A stretch of DNA of 64,000 bases from NCBI RefSeq assembly GCF_964355755.1, contig NC_092673.1, positions 1,922,001 to 1,986,000 of the forward strand, read 5' to 3'. This DNA comes from Antedon mediterranea. Lineage: Eukaryota; Animalia; Echinodermata. The translations under genes and the position numbers were made by a program. Of the stretch, positions 23,901-36,858 are shown piece after piece. The first letter of the stretch is position 1; the number at the start of each line of letters is the position of its first letter. The notes under the pieces were generated by a model. That model was given only the letters and a program-made list of their open reading frames with translations, did no database searches and was not told the origin of the DNA.

Positions 23901-26900
23901 AGTTTACTTGTTACTTTAAGACCGTTCGCCGGCTTTTGAAAAATTCTGTCCTATCTTTTAACACTAGCAGGTCTGAAAAGTATACTAAAAAGTGGTCCAG
24001 AATTGGGACCATGGTCCCAAATGGTCCCACAATTTAATGGAATGGTCCTTGACCACATATCTATCTGTATATTCATTTTGGTAAAGATCTTGTAATTACA
24101 TTTTGAGTAATCCTGCTAACAAACAGACAAACAAACACACGCTACCGATTACATATACCTCCTTGGCGGATATAAACAAACAGTACCTCATAGGGAGCTC
24201 CCTAATATCTCATCTCAAATAAATATTAATGTCAATTATTTTAATCTTATTAAACTTGTAAGGATTACGTCCAAGCATAAAGACACTGGAGAGAATACTG
24301 GTTGAAACTATCAAAGACTTACAAGAGGTAGACGTGGTTTCTGGCTGCTACTACTATCGATGGAGCAACAGCGTAATTTTTTTCTTTGTATGGGACTTGG
24401 ATGATCTTTTGGCCTTTCGTTTCTTTTTAGTAACGACCCTTGACTGGGAACCTTAAATATACTTCTTCTGACTCCATGCGTAGCTGGTATAGAGACTGGT
24501 GTGTTATTGCCGATCTTATTGACATCAAGAGTTTGGAGGGGGCCTGGTGGGGTCACTTTTATTTTGGTGGTGGGTGAACACTTTTTTATAATAGGCATTG
24601 ATATTAGGCTATCTAACCCAGATGGTGCTGCTTTGTTTGGCTGTGAAAATAAAAGACACATTTTATTAACATTTTCACAATGCTACTGAGTTACATTGAT
24701 CAAGTTTTACGTAAGATATCCAGTAGGTAAGCATCCTAAGTACAATGCTTAACAGCATCTGGTTGCAAATTTTCCAGTCAATTTGAACAAACTAGTTTTT
24801 AAGCCTTATTAATTAAGCATTACCCAAACTGTCTGGAATTATGAGTGAAGCTCTATCTACACTATAAAATTTATACGCCCAAATACGGTAGTCCTATGAC
24901 ATCCTCATGTCCATATATGGGCACATCACATTTATTTGTCACATAAAGTTTGATAGTGTAGACAGAGCTTTAAAAGCCCAACAAAGAGTGGGAACCTCTC
25001 ACAAACATCATACACAAATGTAAAATCATCTCTTATCTGTTGTGATGATAGCAATTATGTTATTAAGTATACCTCTATACTTTCAGAATCCATAAAATCT
25101 AGGAAGCCATCATCTTCTTCTTCTTCGCTGTTTGTTAAAGAACATGATTTCAATTTCACTTCGTCATCTTTAAACTGCGTACAGAAAACAAATATCAATC
25201 ATCAACTTATATTTGGAAATTTGTCCCAAAAAAAAAAAAATTCAAATAACTTTATGGAATAGAAAGGCAGAGACAGAAAAGCAAATACTTGTGGAAGGAA
25301 CAGATGACAGCACGGTTCAATTATTTAAAGGATTTTCCATTAATTGACAAAATGGAGTCGATTCATCTTCCGTTCAGTGAAATGAGTGCGAATGTAGCTT
25401 TAAGCTCTGTCTACACTATCAAACTTTATGTGACAAAAAATATGATGTGCCCATATATAGACATTATGATTATACCACTACCATATTTGGGCATATCACT
25501 ACCATATTTGGGCACATAACACTTTTTTTGTCAAACTAGTTTGATAGTGTAGACAGAACTTTAAGGTGTCTGATGTTTGGAAGTATTGATTACATTGTGA
25601 ATTAGAATAAAGGGAAAGAAAACTTACTAGATTTGCAGGAGCTGAAATGGATCTGAATGGGTGGTCCTTGCCAGAAGGAGCGGACGGCTTAGCAAACGTA
25701 AACTTGTCATCTGTTTTAAGAGATGACGCTATTTCATCCTAAAAACGAAGATTAAAAAGAAGTTTAACTAAACATGCTAATAAATTACAAACACATGCAT
25801 AGAATGCATGAAAATAAATCCACAGAAATTGAGTAATTAACAAAGCTCTGTCCACACTATCAAACTAGTTTGACAAAAAAAATGTGATGTGCCCAAATAT
25901 GATAGTGATATGCCCACATATGGTAATGATATGACATCACATTTGTTTGTCACATAAAGTTTGATAGTGTAGACAGAGCTTAACAATCTTTACATTCAGT
26001 TAAAAGTTCTCACCTTAATTTCATCTCCGTCGTCATTTTCACTAAAGAACTTTTTCATTGAAAAGATTGGGGTCAGTGGAGCTGGACTACAGATAGGTGG
26101 CTCTGAGGTAGTACGCATTAAGCGTCTAGCATGACTGAAAAATAAATATATTTTAATTAGTTAATTAGTCAATTTAAGTTAATTTATACCAACATACAAA
26201 TAATAGATACAAAAATGGGATATTACACATTTAAAAGAAGTTGCTAAACTTTACCTTGGTCTGGTGTTCATAAAAAATTTTCTAGAACTGACAATAAAAG
26301 CAAATAATAATATATATTAATTATATAACATAAAAAAATATTAAAACATTTTAATATGGTTTGTTACATTAACAATTCAATTTTATTCAATATTTTACAG
26401 TAACATTTTGGATGAATACAAAATCTAACTCATACCTAGACTCTGAGGTTGCATCAACAGATACTGGAGAATCTAAGGAGATACCTGAAGAATATAAAAC
26501 AGCGAATATAATTAATATGTTTCTATGACATATTCTATTCTAAAGATCTGTCTACACTATCAAACTAGTGTGATGTGCCCAAATATGGTAGTCCATATGG
26601 GAAGACTTTGATAGTGTAGACAGAGCTTAATGAAGAAAAAAACTGCCATATCATGGCTCAGAAAATAAGTAGTTTTAAGTATTATTTTGGAGTGATGTTC
26701 ATTAACTATTCTAGAAAAGACATTATTTAAATTGTGCATTATATACTATAGACACTTTGTATCTATTTTAAAATTCAGTACCTGCATATAGAATCTTAAA
26801 TGGAAAAAGGAGCAAAGTTTATATTATAATTAAATTGTATTAAAATATACTAATAAATACATTTAGTATCATGATTTGGAGGGAACCCATTTAATAAAAT

Positions 26901-28378
26901 ATTGTTTACTACATTTTGTTCTCATTTCAATAGTTTGTCTATTAGTCGATTAATTCTTCCTTTTAAGCTGTTTGCTTCTGAATACACATACAGTAGTAAG
27001 TTTAAGATTAAAAGCAGAGCATTGGAACAGGTACAAATCAATAAGGTGAAGTTAATGAAAAAGAACAATTGATTCAATAACAAAGAGTTAATTTGAAAAT
27101 ATCCAGGTGACAGCAGGAAGATTAGGGACAGATGAAGTCTAAAGCCTAGCACAATACTTAAAGACAAAGATGTTGAACACAATGCATAAGTACACACTAA
27201 TATGTAAACACAATGGTTCTAGTAGGGTCCTGTTGTGGCTGGGCAACCAAAAGGTTAGCCTTTGTAGAAAAAGAAATTATACTCCCAAATCAGTAATTAA
27301 TTTTCCTAATGGTTAAGCTAAATGACTTACTAAATAGCAATTATGTAAAAAGTATTCAAATTAGAATTTGTTGAAGGTACTTTCCTTTGTTTTGCAATAA
27401 AACTGAAACTACAGTATTTTCACCATTTTACATAATAATTATTAAATAATACCAACAAGAATATTCAATTTTACCTGCATCTGAGCTTAATGAGGATCTT
27501 GAGGAGGCTGGTGATTCACATAATGATAAACGCCTTCTAGGTGTTCCTCCAGCACTGAAAATAAAAAGTGTTTAAAGCTCTGTCTACACTATCAAACTTT
27601 GTGTGACAAAAAAATGATTGTGATGTGCTCAAATATGGACACAATGACATCATATCACTACCTACTTTAGGGGCTTGTGGCGCAGGGTGTTGGACTACTG
27701 ATCGTGAGATTGAGGTTTGAATCAAACTCTCGCCGCATTGCATGTATCCTTAGGCAAGATACTTTACTTACGTTTGCCTCTCTCCACCCAGGTGTATAAA
27801 TGGGTACCCGGTTAGATCAAGACACAACTTTGCGCTGATTACTAGCTGCATAATGGGAGTAATGTTTCCATACGTGTTTGATCCAAAAAAAAATGACTGG
27901 GGTAATAATGTTCAGCGCTTAGAGAAGCTTGCTTGTAGAGCGCTATATAAGAATGAACTATCATTATATATCACTACCATATTTGGGCACAACTTTTTTT
28001 GTCAAACTAGTTTAGACAGAGTTTAACTGAACATGAAGCATGAAGCATCAGAATTAGTGTATTTAGTGAAAAGGTTTAGACTGTGTCGGTTTGTCTGTCA
28101 TTAAAATGTGTGTTAAGATAGTGAGAGTTGGTGGTTATGGTAAAGCTATCTAAATTCATGAATTAATTCATGTTCAACAACATAATAGCCATGTCAGGGA
28201 AATCGGGATGAATGTTTGTTTTAATAAAAACGTACCATGAAAGACTAAAAAGGCTATGGGCTAGGTTACTCATTGGAGATTCTACAGAATTTCTGTTAAA
28301 ACAGGGCGAACACACATCATTCATTCCAACAAGAGGTAATGTCATCTTTCTTTTGATATGACTTGACCGTTCCTCCAT
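20989..28378 (-). CDS. CDC25: M-phase inducer phosphatase CDC25
   Basis: Exons 28378-28236, 27554-27475, 26484-26436, 26287-26255, 26134-26014, 25738-25628, 25174-25073, 24640-24323, 23256-23161, 22592-22431, 21777-21532, 21126-20989; catalytic HCEFSSKR (HCX5R), [52 protein letters not shown]. Confidence 0.96.
21172..21475 (+). mobile_element. tRNA-derived SINE with Deu/Nin-like central domain
   Basis: A box TAGTCGAGTGG, B box GGTTCGAGGC, central GACTATAAACCGTAGGTCC...TTAAAGAACC, (TAAA)n tail; related minus-strand fragment at about 47935-48016. Domain name is from recalled consensus. Confidence 0.75.
22767..22930 (+). mobile_element. Penelope-like terminal-repeat fragment with minimal hammerhead motif, within (TA)n
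   Basis: GCA-CTGATGA-AG-GGC(TAGTGTT)GCC-A-GAAA-GCTC-TGC; TA runs on both sides; decayed relative at about 9645-9730. Confidence 0.6.
23517..24175 (-). mobile_element. Helentron-associated non-autonomous element (HINE/DINE-like)
   Basis: Minus strand begins TTATATCCGCCAAGGAGG plus GTTT/GTCT microsatellite and ends GGCGGAGG, hairpin CACTCTCGGAGTG, CTAG-TT. Confidence 0.7.
24849..24969. mobile_element. MITE family A copy
   Basis: Same TIRs. Confidence 0.85.
25403..25560. mobile_element. MITE family A copy
   Basis: Same TIRs, TTA flanks. Confidence 0.88.
25844..25980. mobile_element. MITE family A copy, opposite orientation
   Basis: Same TIRs. Confidence 0.88.
26544..26627. mobile_element. 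MITE family A copy, internally deleted
   Basis: Same TIRs, TAA on both sides. Confidence 0.85.
27576..28023. mobile_element. MITE family A copy interrupted by a SINE
   Basis: Left half to about 27662, right half from about 27967. Confidence 0.8.
27670..27966 (+). mobile_element. tRNA-derived SINE with CORE-like domain
   Basis: A box TGGCGCAGGG, B box GGTTTGAATC, CCTTAGGCAAG..CCACCCAGGTGTATAAATGGGTACC, 3' GCGCTATATAA. Confidence 0.8.
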
Positions 28379-29139
28379 ACTGACCGCTACTTCTCTAGAT
28401 GAAGGTTAGAAATATTGTATTTTCTATTGCATTTGATGTTCTTGTTCGTTAATATCTGTATAAAAAAAATATTAGAATTTGACTCGGGCTTAAAACCTTC
28501 TAAAAAGAGATAAAAAGTAGGCCTAGGCCTTTTTGTAGAATTTACCACTAGCCTACAAAACTACACCACAAAAGTTTTAAAAGCAGATAGGGCCCTAGCG
28601 AGCTGGTTGAGAATGCCGAACATTTTACAAACGAAAAAACTACTAGGCCCTAGCCTAGCTAGTACTACTAGCTAGGCCTAGCTAGTACTAACGCTCGCTA
28701 GACTACCTCTCTAACTAAAAAGTCTAGAGTAGCCTAGCCTACCTTCCTTAACTAACTCTAAAAAGCCTACTACTACAAAGGCTACATACAGAAACAGGCT
28801 AGCCTAGTCTAGTACTGTAGGCCTAGGTTAGAGAGAGAGGCCGGCAGAGAGGCCTGCTGCATGCATGCTCTGGCCTAGGCTATATAGAGGCTAGCCTAGG
28901 CTATAAAGTATAGGCCTAGGCTAGGCCTACTAAGGCCTAGCTAGCTAGCCTAGCTAGTAGGCCTAGCCTACTAGACTAGGCCTAGGCCTAGGCCTATTTA
29001 GTTTATTATACAATAATTATTACACTTGAATTCAAACAACCTTACTTTTTAAAACTATAACAAGTTAATAACTTTGTGAAGTTTATGGTCGTTTATAAAT
29101 AATCTAAATGTCCATAAAATATGAACAAAATTTCACATC

Positions 29140-29830
29140 AAAATTGTTTACCGCCATTCATTTGAAACAAAACAAGGGAAGTCTTCTTCCGATCCCTCTG
29201 GATCCCAAGTAATGCGCATGTGCATATCTTGGGTATCGCGCGCCTATACCATTTTTCTTAAAGTAATTACATAAATTCATTCACGTAGCGTAGAAAAAAT
29301 AAATAAAATTACATAATGTATTATTTGATATTGCCTGATAAAATAAGGTATACTATTCACTAAATTTGTGCAAACTACATCTATAATATTTACAAACGAT
29401 TAAAGAAATAAGATGTAAGTATTTTTAGTCACTGTCACCTAAATAGTTAAAATACAGTGGTCCTTACCAAAGAATATTCTTTACTGACAGGATGAAATGC
29501 CTCACTTAGAAAAAAATATCACTGATTTTCCAACAATATAAATTTATTCCATACTAATAATATTAATATAATGGTATCAAGGTTTACAGTATTGGTGATT
29601 TATACCATGAATCTATAATTATAGTCCATTTCTTATACCATTTTCATTCATTTCCGCTTGCCTTTTTTGTATATAAAATCATGAATATTCAAGAGTAGGC
29701 GTGGTTAATTTATCTTACGTACGTCATCAAGTGTACGCTTCCTATTTCGCGCGAAATTTGACGGCCGGCGGTTTTCCTTTTATTGACAGAGTAGATTTCT
29801 TTCGTGGCGGGTTGGTTTGTCTCTCGTTTC
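29140..29830. promoter_or_regulatory. Putative bidirectional cell-cycle promoter of CDC25 and SLBP
   Basis: CHR-like TTTGAA at 29161, NRF1-like TGCGCATGTGCA at 29213, CRE-like TACGTCA near 29720, palindromic E2F site TTTCGCGCGAAA at 29745-29756; CpG-rich at both ends. Confidence 0.7.
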
Positions 29831-29933
29831 GTTTAGAAATACATAATATATTATAAATATTGTTAAATTTTAGTTCATATAGTGAGTAATGATAGGATTG
29901 AAGAAAAGAAACAGCGAGATAAATTGTGAAAAA

Positions 29934-32900
29934 ATGATGCACAGAAACCCAAAATCATCCGACTCGGTAAGACGAAGAGCTAATGACCAGCGCAAAAAAA
30001 GCGGCAACAACGAAGATCATTTCTACTCACGGCGGCGGTCGATAGATCATGAGATAGGCCTCTCCACCTCAGACTTAAGGTAGGTACACTATAATTAATA
30101 GGCCTAGCTAATACTAATACAGTAGTAGTATAATTAGTATTATAGGCTATAGATTTGACTAAGTTAGTTACTGTATAAAATAGGCCTTCTAGCCTAGAGC
30201 TAGGCCTAGGCTAGAGGGATGGATATACAGTTTGAGTTTACTAATAATACAGGTAATTCTAATACTATTTAATTATTATAAATGTTATGCGCGATTTGAA
30301 TGATTTGCGCAAAGATTTTCTTGTGCAATATTAAATTGTGCAATCAACTTGCACTATTTCAAATTGCGCTGCACAATTTGTAAATTGCGCAAGATAGTTT
30401 TGCGCAATTTGAAAACGAACTGTAAATTTTCAAATTGCGTATCAGAATTTAACCAGAATGCGTGCTAAACGTCGACAATCGGTTAACATTTAATAATAAT
30501 TTATTGGAAACTAATAACTCCAAATGAAACATAATTATAAATGCGAAGATAACATGTATAATAAACAACATAAATGGCATACACAATTAAGCTAGGCCAT
30601 GTCGCCTAGCCAGTAGGCTAGAGTAGTATAGCCGTGCCCGCCCGGAACACCACCGCTTTGTTTTCCTTCGTCGGGTCTTCGACGGTATGCTAACAATAAC
30701 AATATTTTCACTACTAAAATAAGGAAATGCGATATTATCTTAATTTTGAATCATAGAAATTACTATAAAAAATATGGGTGTACATGATTTCACAATCTGT
30801 CTAAAAACCTTGCGCAATTTGCAGATTACTTGCGCAATTTAATACGTTGCTTGCGCAATTTTGAAACACATGTTTCAATTCAAATTGTGCAAGGAATTGT
30901 TTGCGCAATTTTAAATTTCGCAAATTGTTCAAATTGCGCATAACATAAATATGGTACTTTTTACAGAAACGGTGTTTAGCCTAGGCCTATTAGGCTATTC
31001 GTTAATTAATAACAGATTTCATGAATTTATCTTTTCAGAAACCAAATGAAGTCTTCAAGCTGTGGTTATGACCGTGATAGAAGTCCAAGAGTTACGAAAA
31101 ACAGTTCGTCATTCAGTGGGAAATCTGAAGAGTAAGAAAATATTTTTAAAAATCAATTATTTATCATTTATTTAAATTAAATGTAAACCAATGATTGTGC
31201 AACAAGAAGTAGGCATATTCTACTAAAAAAATTAAATTATTTTTCTTAAAATAATTAGTTAAAATGTAGTTTTCACATTATATTTATAGTTTTTTTACAC
31301 TGTATTATTTGTATTTAGACGGAAGCGTGGCTATGGAAACGAAAATAGAGATACGAGGAGAAGAGGACAAGGAAAGAATGATAGATTTGATGAGTAAGTA
31401 TTTTAATGATTACTATTACAACCACGATTCATGAAAAGTTATCTTCGCTAAAATGTTTAAAACTGTATTTTCAGTTTAATTTACTACAATATATATTAAG
31501 TCCGATTCATTTACTTAAACAATTATCATATTATTTTTTAATTCTTGTACATATAATTTCAGTTACACCCCAGAGCGTAGACAATTTACAAATCGAACAA
31601 CGAGTGAAAGTAGCAGTGATTGGGGGAGCATGGTCGATGAATTTGAACAGCAGAGAACCAGAGTTTTACAAGACATGGCGAGATATAAACGTAAATTGCT
31701 TCTATCTGAAGAAAACAGATTCAGCACTGAAGAAGTGAATAAAATGTGAGTTCTTATGAAACTAACAACAAAGAAAACATAATCAAGTTATTATTAATGT
31801 TATTTCAAACAATTAAAATAATTCATTCAATTTATTCCGGATTTTACAATACAAACATCAAACTCAATTGCACTGATCAATATAATTTGAAACAAGTCTA
31901 TATTCCTACATAATAATAAAAAATAATAAATAAATAACACTGTTAAGGCCCATTCACACTAGGACGATAACGATAATAGACAATAATTTGCATTTTTCAT
32001 ACATAAAATAAAAGAAATATAAAACCTTTTCATTCTAGAACTATAGAATAACCATCTATGCTTCCTTTGATGAAAATTATATTTTCACACGTCCAATCAA
32101 ATGTCGTCATGATTAGTAAGAGCAATAATATCGTGACAATACAACGATTTTATTGTTGTTATGTATCATGACGTCATTTGATTGGAATTTTAAAAATATT
32201 ATTTTTATCAAAGACAGCATAAATGATTATCCTATAGTCCTAGAACAAAAACCCTTTCTAATTTCTTTTGTTTTATGTTAAAAAAATGCATGCTTATATA
32301 TTTATCGTCGATCGTTATCGTCCTAGTGTGAATGGGCTTTAGGTATTAAAAAGGACTACTAGCCTTTTGTGTAATTGTTCTTTTGTAAGAAATTATGCAA
32401 ATAATTTATGTAATTAACTAGAAAAGGAACTCAGCGACCTCAATTCTGCGGATTCCCAATTTACTTTGCGTGTGCTAGTTCAGAAATAGGACAATACTAA
32501 AAATCTGAAAACTGACTTTATGATGAAATATATAATACTTTATACTAAACACATGGAAACTATTTAAACCACACTGATTTATATTTGATTATTTAACTTT
32601 TAAATATTTCAGTGAACTCAAACGAGAGCCACGAACACTCTTGGAGACCGATGAGGTTGTGTTGATTCGACGACAGAAGCAAATAGACTACGGAAAAAAT
32701 ACTGAAGGTTACGAGAACTACATCCAAAGAGTACCAAAGTAAGATTTAATGTCTACTGGTTATTTGGTATGTTGATGATAATTGAATACTTGAATATAAG
32801 AAAGACAATATAAGACACACAATAGTGTTTTGAGAAAATTTTTAAAAAGGTCTTATTTTATTGTTGTTATTCTTGTTTATATGACAACTTATTTATCCAT

Positions 32901-33951
32901 ATCTAAATTTAAAATGGTATAGTACATGACAATTGATGCTGTTGCATCATGGGCATGCGTTTGATACAATGGACTTGGGCCCTTCTCATAATCATGTGTC
33001 ATGTTGTACAGTATACAATTCAAATTACATTAAAAATTTACAACAGCAAACTGGATTTTTTTTTAAAGGAACAAACGCACTAAAAACAAGCATGCAGTAA
33101 CACCAAATAAGTTTAAACTGTACAGCCGTCGGTCATGGGACACGCAGTTGAGACAATGGAAGCTAGCCATCCACGAGTTTAGCAGCGAAGGAAGAAAATG
33201 TTGGAATGAAAAGAGAAAGACCAGCACGTAAGTAACAAAAATGAAAGTAAATTCAGATAAAATGGAATCAATTTGTCAGAAACTACAAATCATTAAATGC
33301 AAAGATTCAAATTTACTCAACTGTAAAAAGCTGATTCTTTCTTATTTGTGGTTTTTTGTTTTTAAAAGGAAATCGTTACGCTTCAATGAATACAATAAAG
33401 ATGAAGATCAGGATAACAAGATGGAGGTTGAATATTCATCTCTTGACACATCGTTGACCTCTGGTATCAGCGATGACATCTCAACTTCGTCCAGAAGTGA
33501 AACACCACTAGATTCCAATTTTGAAGATGACATTGTGTCTGATGACCAATCTGATAATATGAATGATTTTATACCAACTTCTTTCCGTCAACCCGAGGTT
33601 CCACACAACGCAACTATGACTCCATCTGCAACACCAGTTACCTCTGATACAAAAGCACCTTCTACGAGCCCACCTCTTAGCCCCGCAGCTCTCATCGCAG
33701 CCCTGCAACACCATGGCATGATTGGTTCTTACAGTCAGCATTCAGGTATGAATTCTATGCAGCAACAGCAGATCAGCGTACAAGTTGATCCAAATAGAAA
33801 TAATATAATGCATGAACCAAGTCCTTACAATGACATCACTAATCAGAAGTTTGTTCCAACCAATGCTGCTATTGCTGAACAACGTAAAACTGTCTTTGAT
33901 CAGTTTAATTTGGATGACTGTTTCATACAGGATTCTGAATACACACTTTAA
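29934..33951 (+). CDS. SLBP: Histone mRNA stem-loop binding protein
   Basis: Exons 29934-30079, 31039-31131, 31319-31393, 31563-31745, 32613-32738, 33069-33227, 33369-33951; motifs [19 protein letters not shown] and RNA-binding domain [20 protein letters not shown]...[21 protein letters not shown]. Confidence 0.95.
30283..30945. mobile_element. Non-autonomous TGT...ACA DNA transposon (Ginger-like) in SLBP intron 1
   Basis: TIR TGTTATGCGC(G/A)ATTTGAA, 4-bp TSD TAAA, many subterminal TTGCGCAA-type motifs. Confidence 0.75.
31947..32338. mobile_element. PIF/Harbinger-like MITE with long TIRs
   Basis: GGCCCATTCACACTAGGACGATAACGAT / ATCGTTATCGTCCTAGTGTGAATGGGCT, TAA/TTA flanks. Confidence 0.85.
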
Positions 33952-36138
33952 AACTGAGAATGTCCATCCACTGGGATTCGTCCCAATTTCCTGTAATTAA
34001 AATTAGTATTATAATTGTTCTTCTATTATTTTAATTACAGTAGAACAACTCCTTTATTCATCTTAATTAAGGAGACACTTTCCGGCAAAAAACATAGAGG
34101 AAGTATAATTAAAACACACCCTCAACTTATTAAGGCGACAATTTGTTAGTAATGTTTTTAAATAATATACAAATTCTCTCCAGTACAGTCACTTACGAAT
34201 GATGAATATTATAGTACAGTATTAAATATTATGTTCTTTATGGACATTTTACCAAACTAATGTTCAGTAAATAACATTTTTAAAGTATTTTAGGAATTTT
34301 ATATTTACTGTACCTGTGTAAATAAGTTTTATGATAATGTGTTAAAAATGTTTCGGAATAATAAGAGAAATTCATATAAAACGTGTCACTTTTTTTTTTC
34401 TCGCTTTGTAAGTGTTATCCCCAATTTGATATATAAGCTTGCTTCCCGCTTGGATACAACGTAGGCCCTAACCCGAACAATGTTTTTGGCTCTGAATAAA
34501 TCAGACCTTTGATCAGTTTTAGAACAGTTTATTTTCATCAAAATATACCAAGTATAGAATTCATACATACATACATTATTTTACTATTTATTATTATCTT
34601 AATTCAAAATTCAGAGCATTACAATTTTTATATTAATCTAAGATCCAAGATGATAATTCTGAAAAAAATGATTTAATATACACCATCCAAATACTGGTAC
34701 AGGAACCAGCAAATATCTGTTAATTAATCTCTGTATTTTAAATTACATCCTGACTTTCTTCGTCATTATAAACGTGACAACGTTTTATGCCGTAGAACGC
34801 TGTGATATACAACGCTAATATTTAAAAAAAATAATCATCATTGGTTAATGTAACATAGAATACAAGGTGTTGTTCACCGGTGAGATATTTAAAAATGTGA
34901 AAATGCAATCCTAATTAGACTGTTTATGCCTAGAACTAGGTTTTAAAAACAAGAACTTTGATTAAAAACGATCCTTTAAATAAATTATGAATGATAAGTC
35001 AATTCACTATCCATTTTTTATAAAAGAAAACAGAAACTGATTTCAACAAATAAAACCTTAGTTTTTCACTTAAGAATTCCTTGACTTGACACATATTTAT
35101 ATAAATGCTAGCCCTGGATTTTATCAATTTTACATAAATTTAAGACGCGGTCCAATTGGCTGATATTCATGAAATTAAATATTCTTGTTTCTTTAGACAG
35201 AATGTTAACAAAGCATATTGAAAGCATTACCAGCATATTGATACATGAATATTTAATGAGATATGCTGGAATGTGAAATTATAATTTGGTATTTAGTTAC
35301 AGAATTAATCTATTGATATACAGCATATCATATCAATTGAACAGCCTGAAACGGGTATATACTTAAATAATGAATAAGAATCCCTGTAAACCTAACGTGA
35401 TAGGAACAGCGAGCTTTCATCTCAAGAAAGTAATAGATAGATAACAGTAATTCAAGCAGAATATTAATCCGTGTATAAGCTCATTATACAGCGTTCCGTT
35501 TTAAAATCAAGACAGTATTTCATCGATTTAACATTATCTCTTATTTTATTTTTATTATCCTGAAACGAAAGCAAACTAATATCTTGGAGTGAGTAATAAA
35601 CATTACTTACACAGGTTTGGGGAACAACGGACTAGCAACTACGTACACATGTTTGGGGCACCAATGGCATAAAGTGGGTAGAAAAAAATTATCTAAATAG
35701 TGAATTAAAAAATGTTGAACAAAATGTTGAACATTAAGCTACATTGACCATTTCATTAAAATTGTTTATAAATATAACTGTTTTAGAAGATCCGCACTGG
35801 TAAACATTAAGAAACAGCATTTTCCACTTAACTTTTTTTAAATTTTTACATTATTTTTCATGATAAGGTGTTATTTTTTGCCTTAACATGTACTCTTTTT
35901 CTGTAGCACCAACTATAAAAAAAGAGTAATTTATTTTATGATTCTGCTTCGTTACTTCTACTTTCGTTAATTTCTCAATGTTGTTTATTATATAACAATG
36001 TACCTGAATGTACTGCAATATACATGAAAATGAAATAAGGTTACGTTATTGTTTCAAGTTTAATTGCTTCTTAGTTTAACATAACGTTTTAAATATTGCA
36101 ACTATGACCATATTATTATATAATAATAAACAATTCAA

Positions 36139-36279
36139 CAATATGGTTTATTGCAGATAGCTGATATCACAAGAAAGCATCATTGCACAATGGGAAGGAA
36201 TTAGGGCAAAAAGGTTAGCCCCATTTCCTACTGGTCTCATGCATGCTATTCATCGCTCTCTGCAATAAACCTTATATTG
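36139..36279. mobile_element. Short TIR element
   Basis: CAATATGGTTTATTGCAGA / TCTGCAATAAACCTTATATTG. Confidence 0.55.
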
Positions 36280-36858
36280 TCTGAAAAGTAAGCGATACAG
36301 CAATAGGAACGATACACTAAAGGAATGTTAGTCAATTGCGTAATCAAATAAAATTGTTTGGTTACTAATGTCAAATCTTAAAATACATTGCGTAAACACA
36401 TAAAATTTCCGAGTTAAAAACACTGCTGAGTAAACTTTAAAAAACAAATCTAATACAATATCATCTCGTCTGAATACCGTCCCATTTCTAAATTACTAAC
36501 TTCTAATTGTAACTTAATTCAAATATACCTAGTATAAACATTGTTTAAATTGATATTTTATGACTAAAATAATATTTTAAATTACTATTCTTAAGCACAA
36601 CATTCTGGTGTATTGTTGTATACACGTTTTCATGGGAAATTCCAGTTTCCCTGGGAAATACCCATGTGAGTACCCATACTTGAGAGTTTTCCATTCAAAC
36701 TGCCTTCTGGAATCAGAAACATAAATTCAAACTTTAAAGCTAAGTAATTAAGCTACAAATTACATTTTCACTTTCTTTCGATGAGTACATGTTATGCATC
36801 CAAGGATTCCAATCACAATACAGTGTACTTTTACGATTACTTTGCCGCAAACGTTGAT

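Noticed and set aside
25289-25519. ORFs sharing [12 protein letters not shown] (also 40777 and 48773)
   Set aside because: Translation of the MITE family A TIR, not a protein family
33952-34400. Histone-type stem-loop in the SLBP 3' UTR (autoregulation)
   Set aside because: No GGYYYTTYTNARRRCC-like hairpin seen
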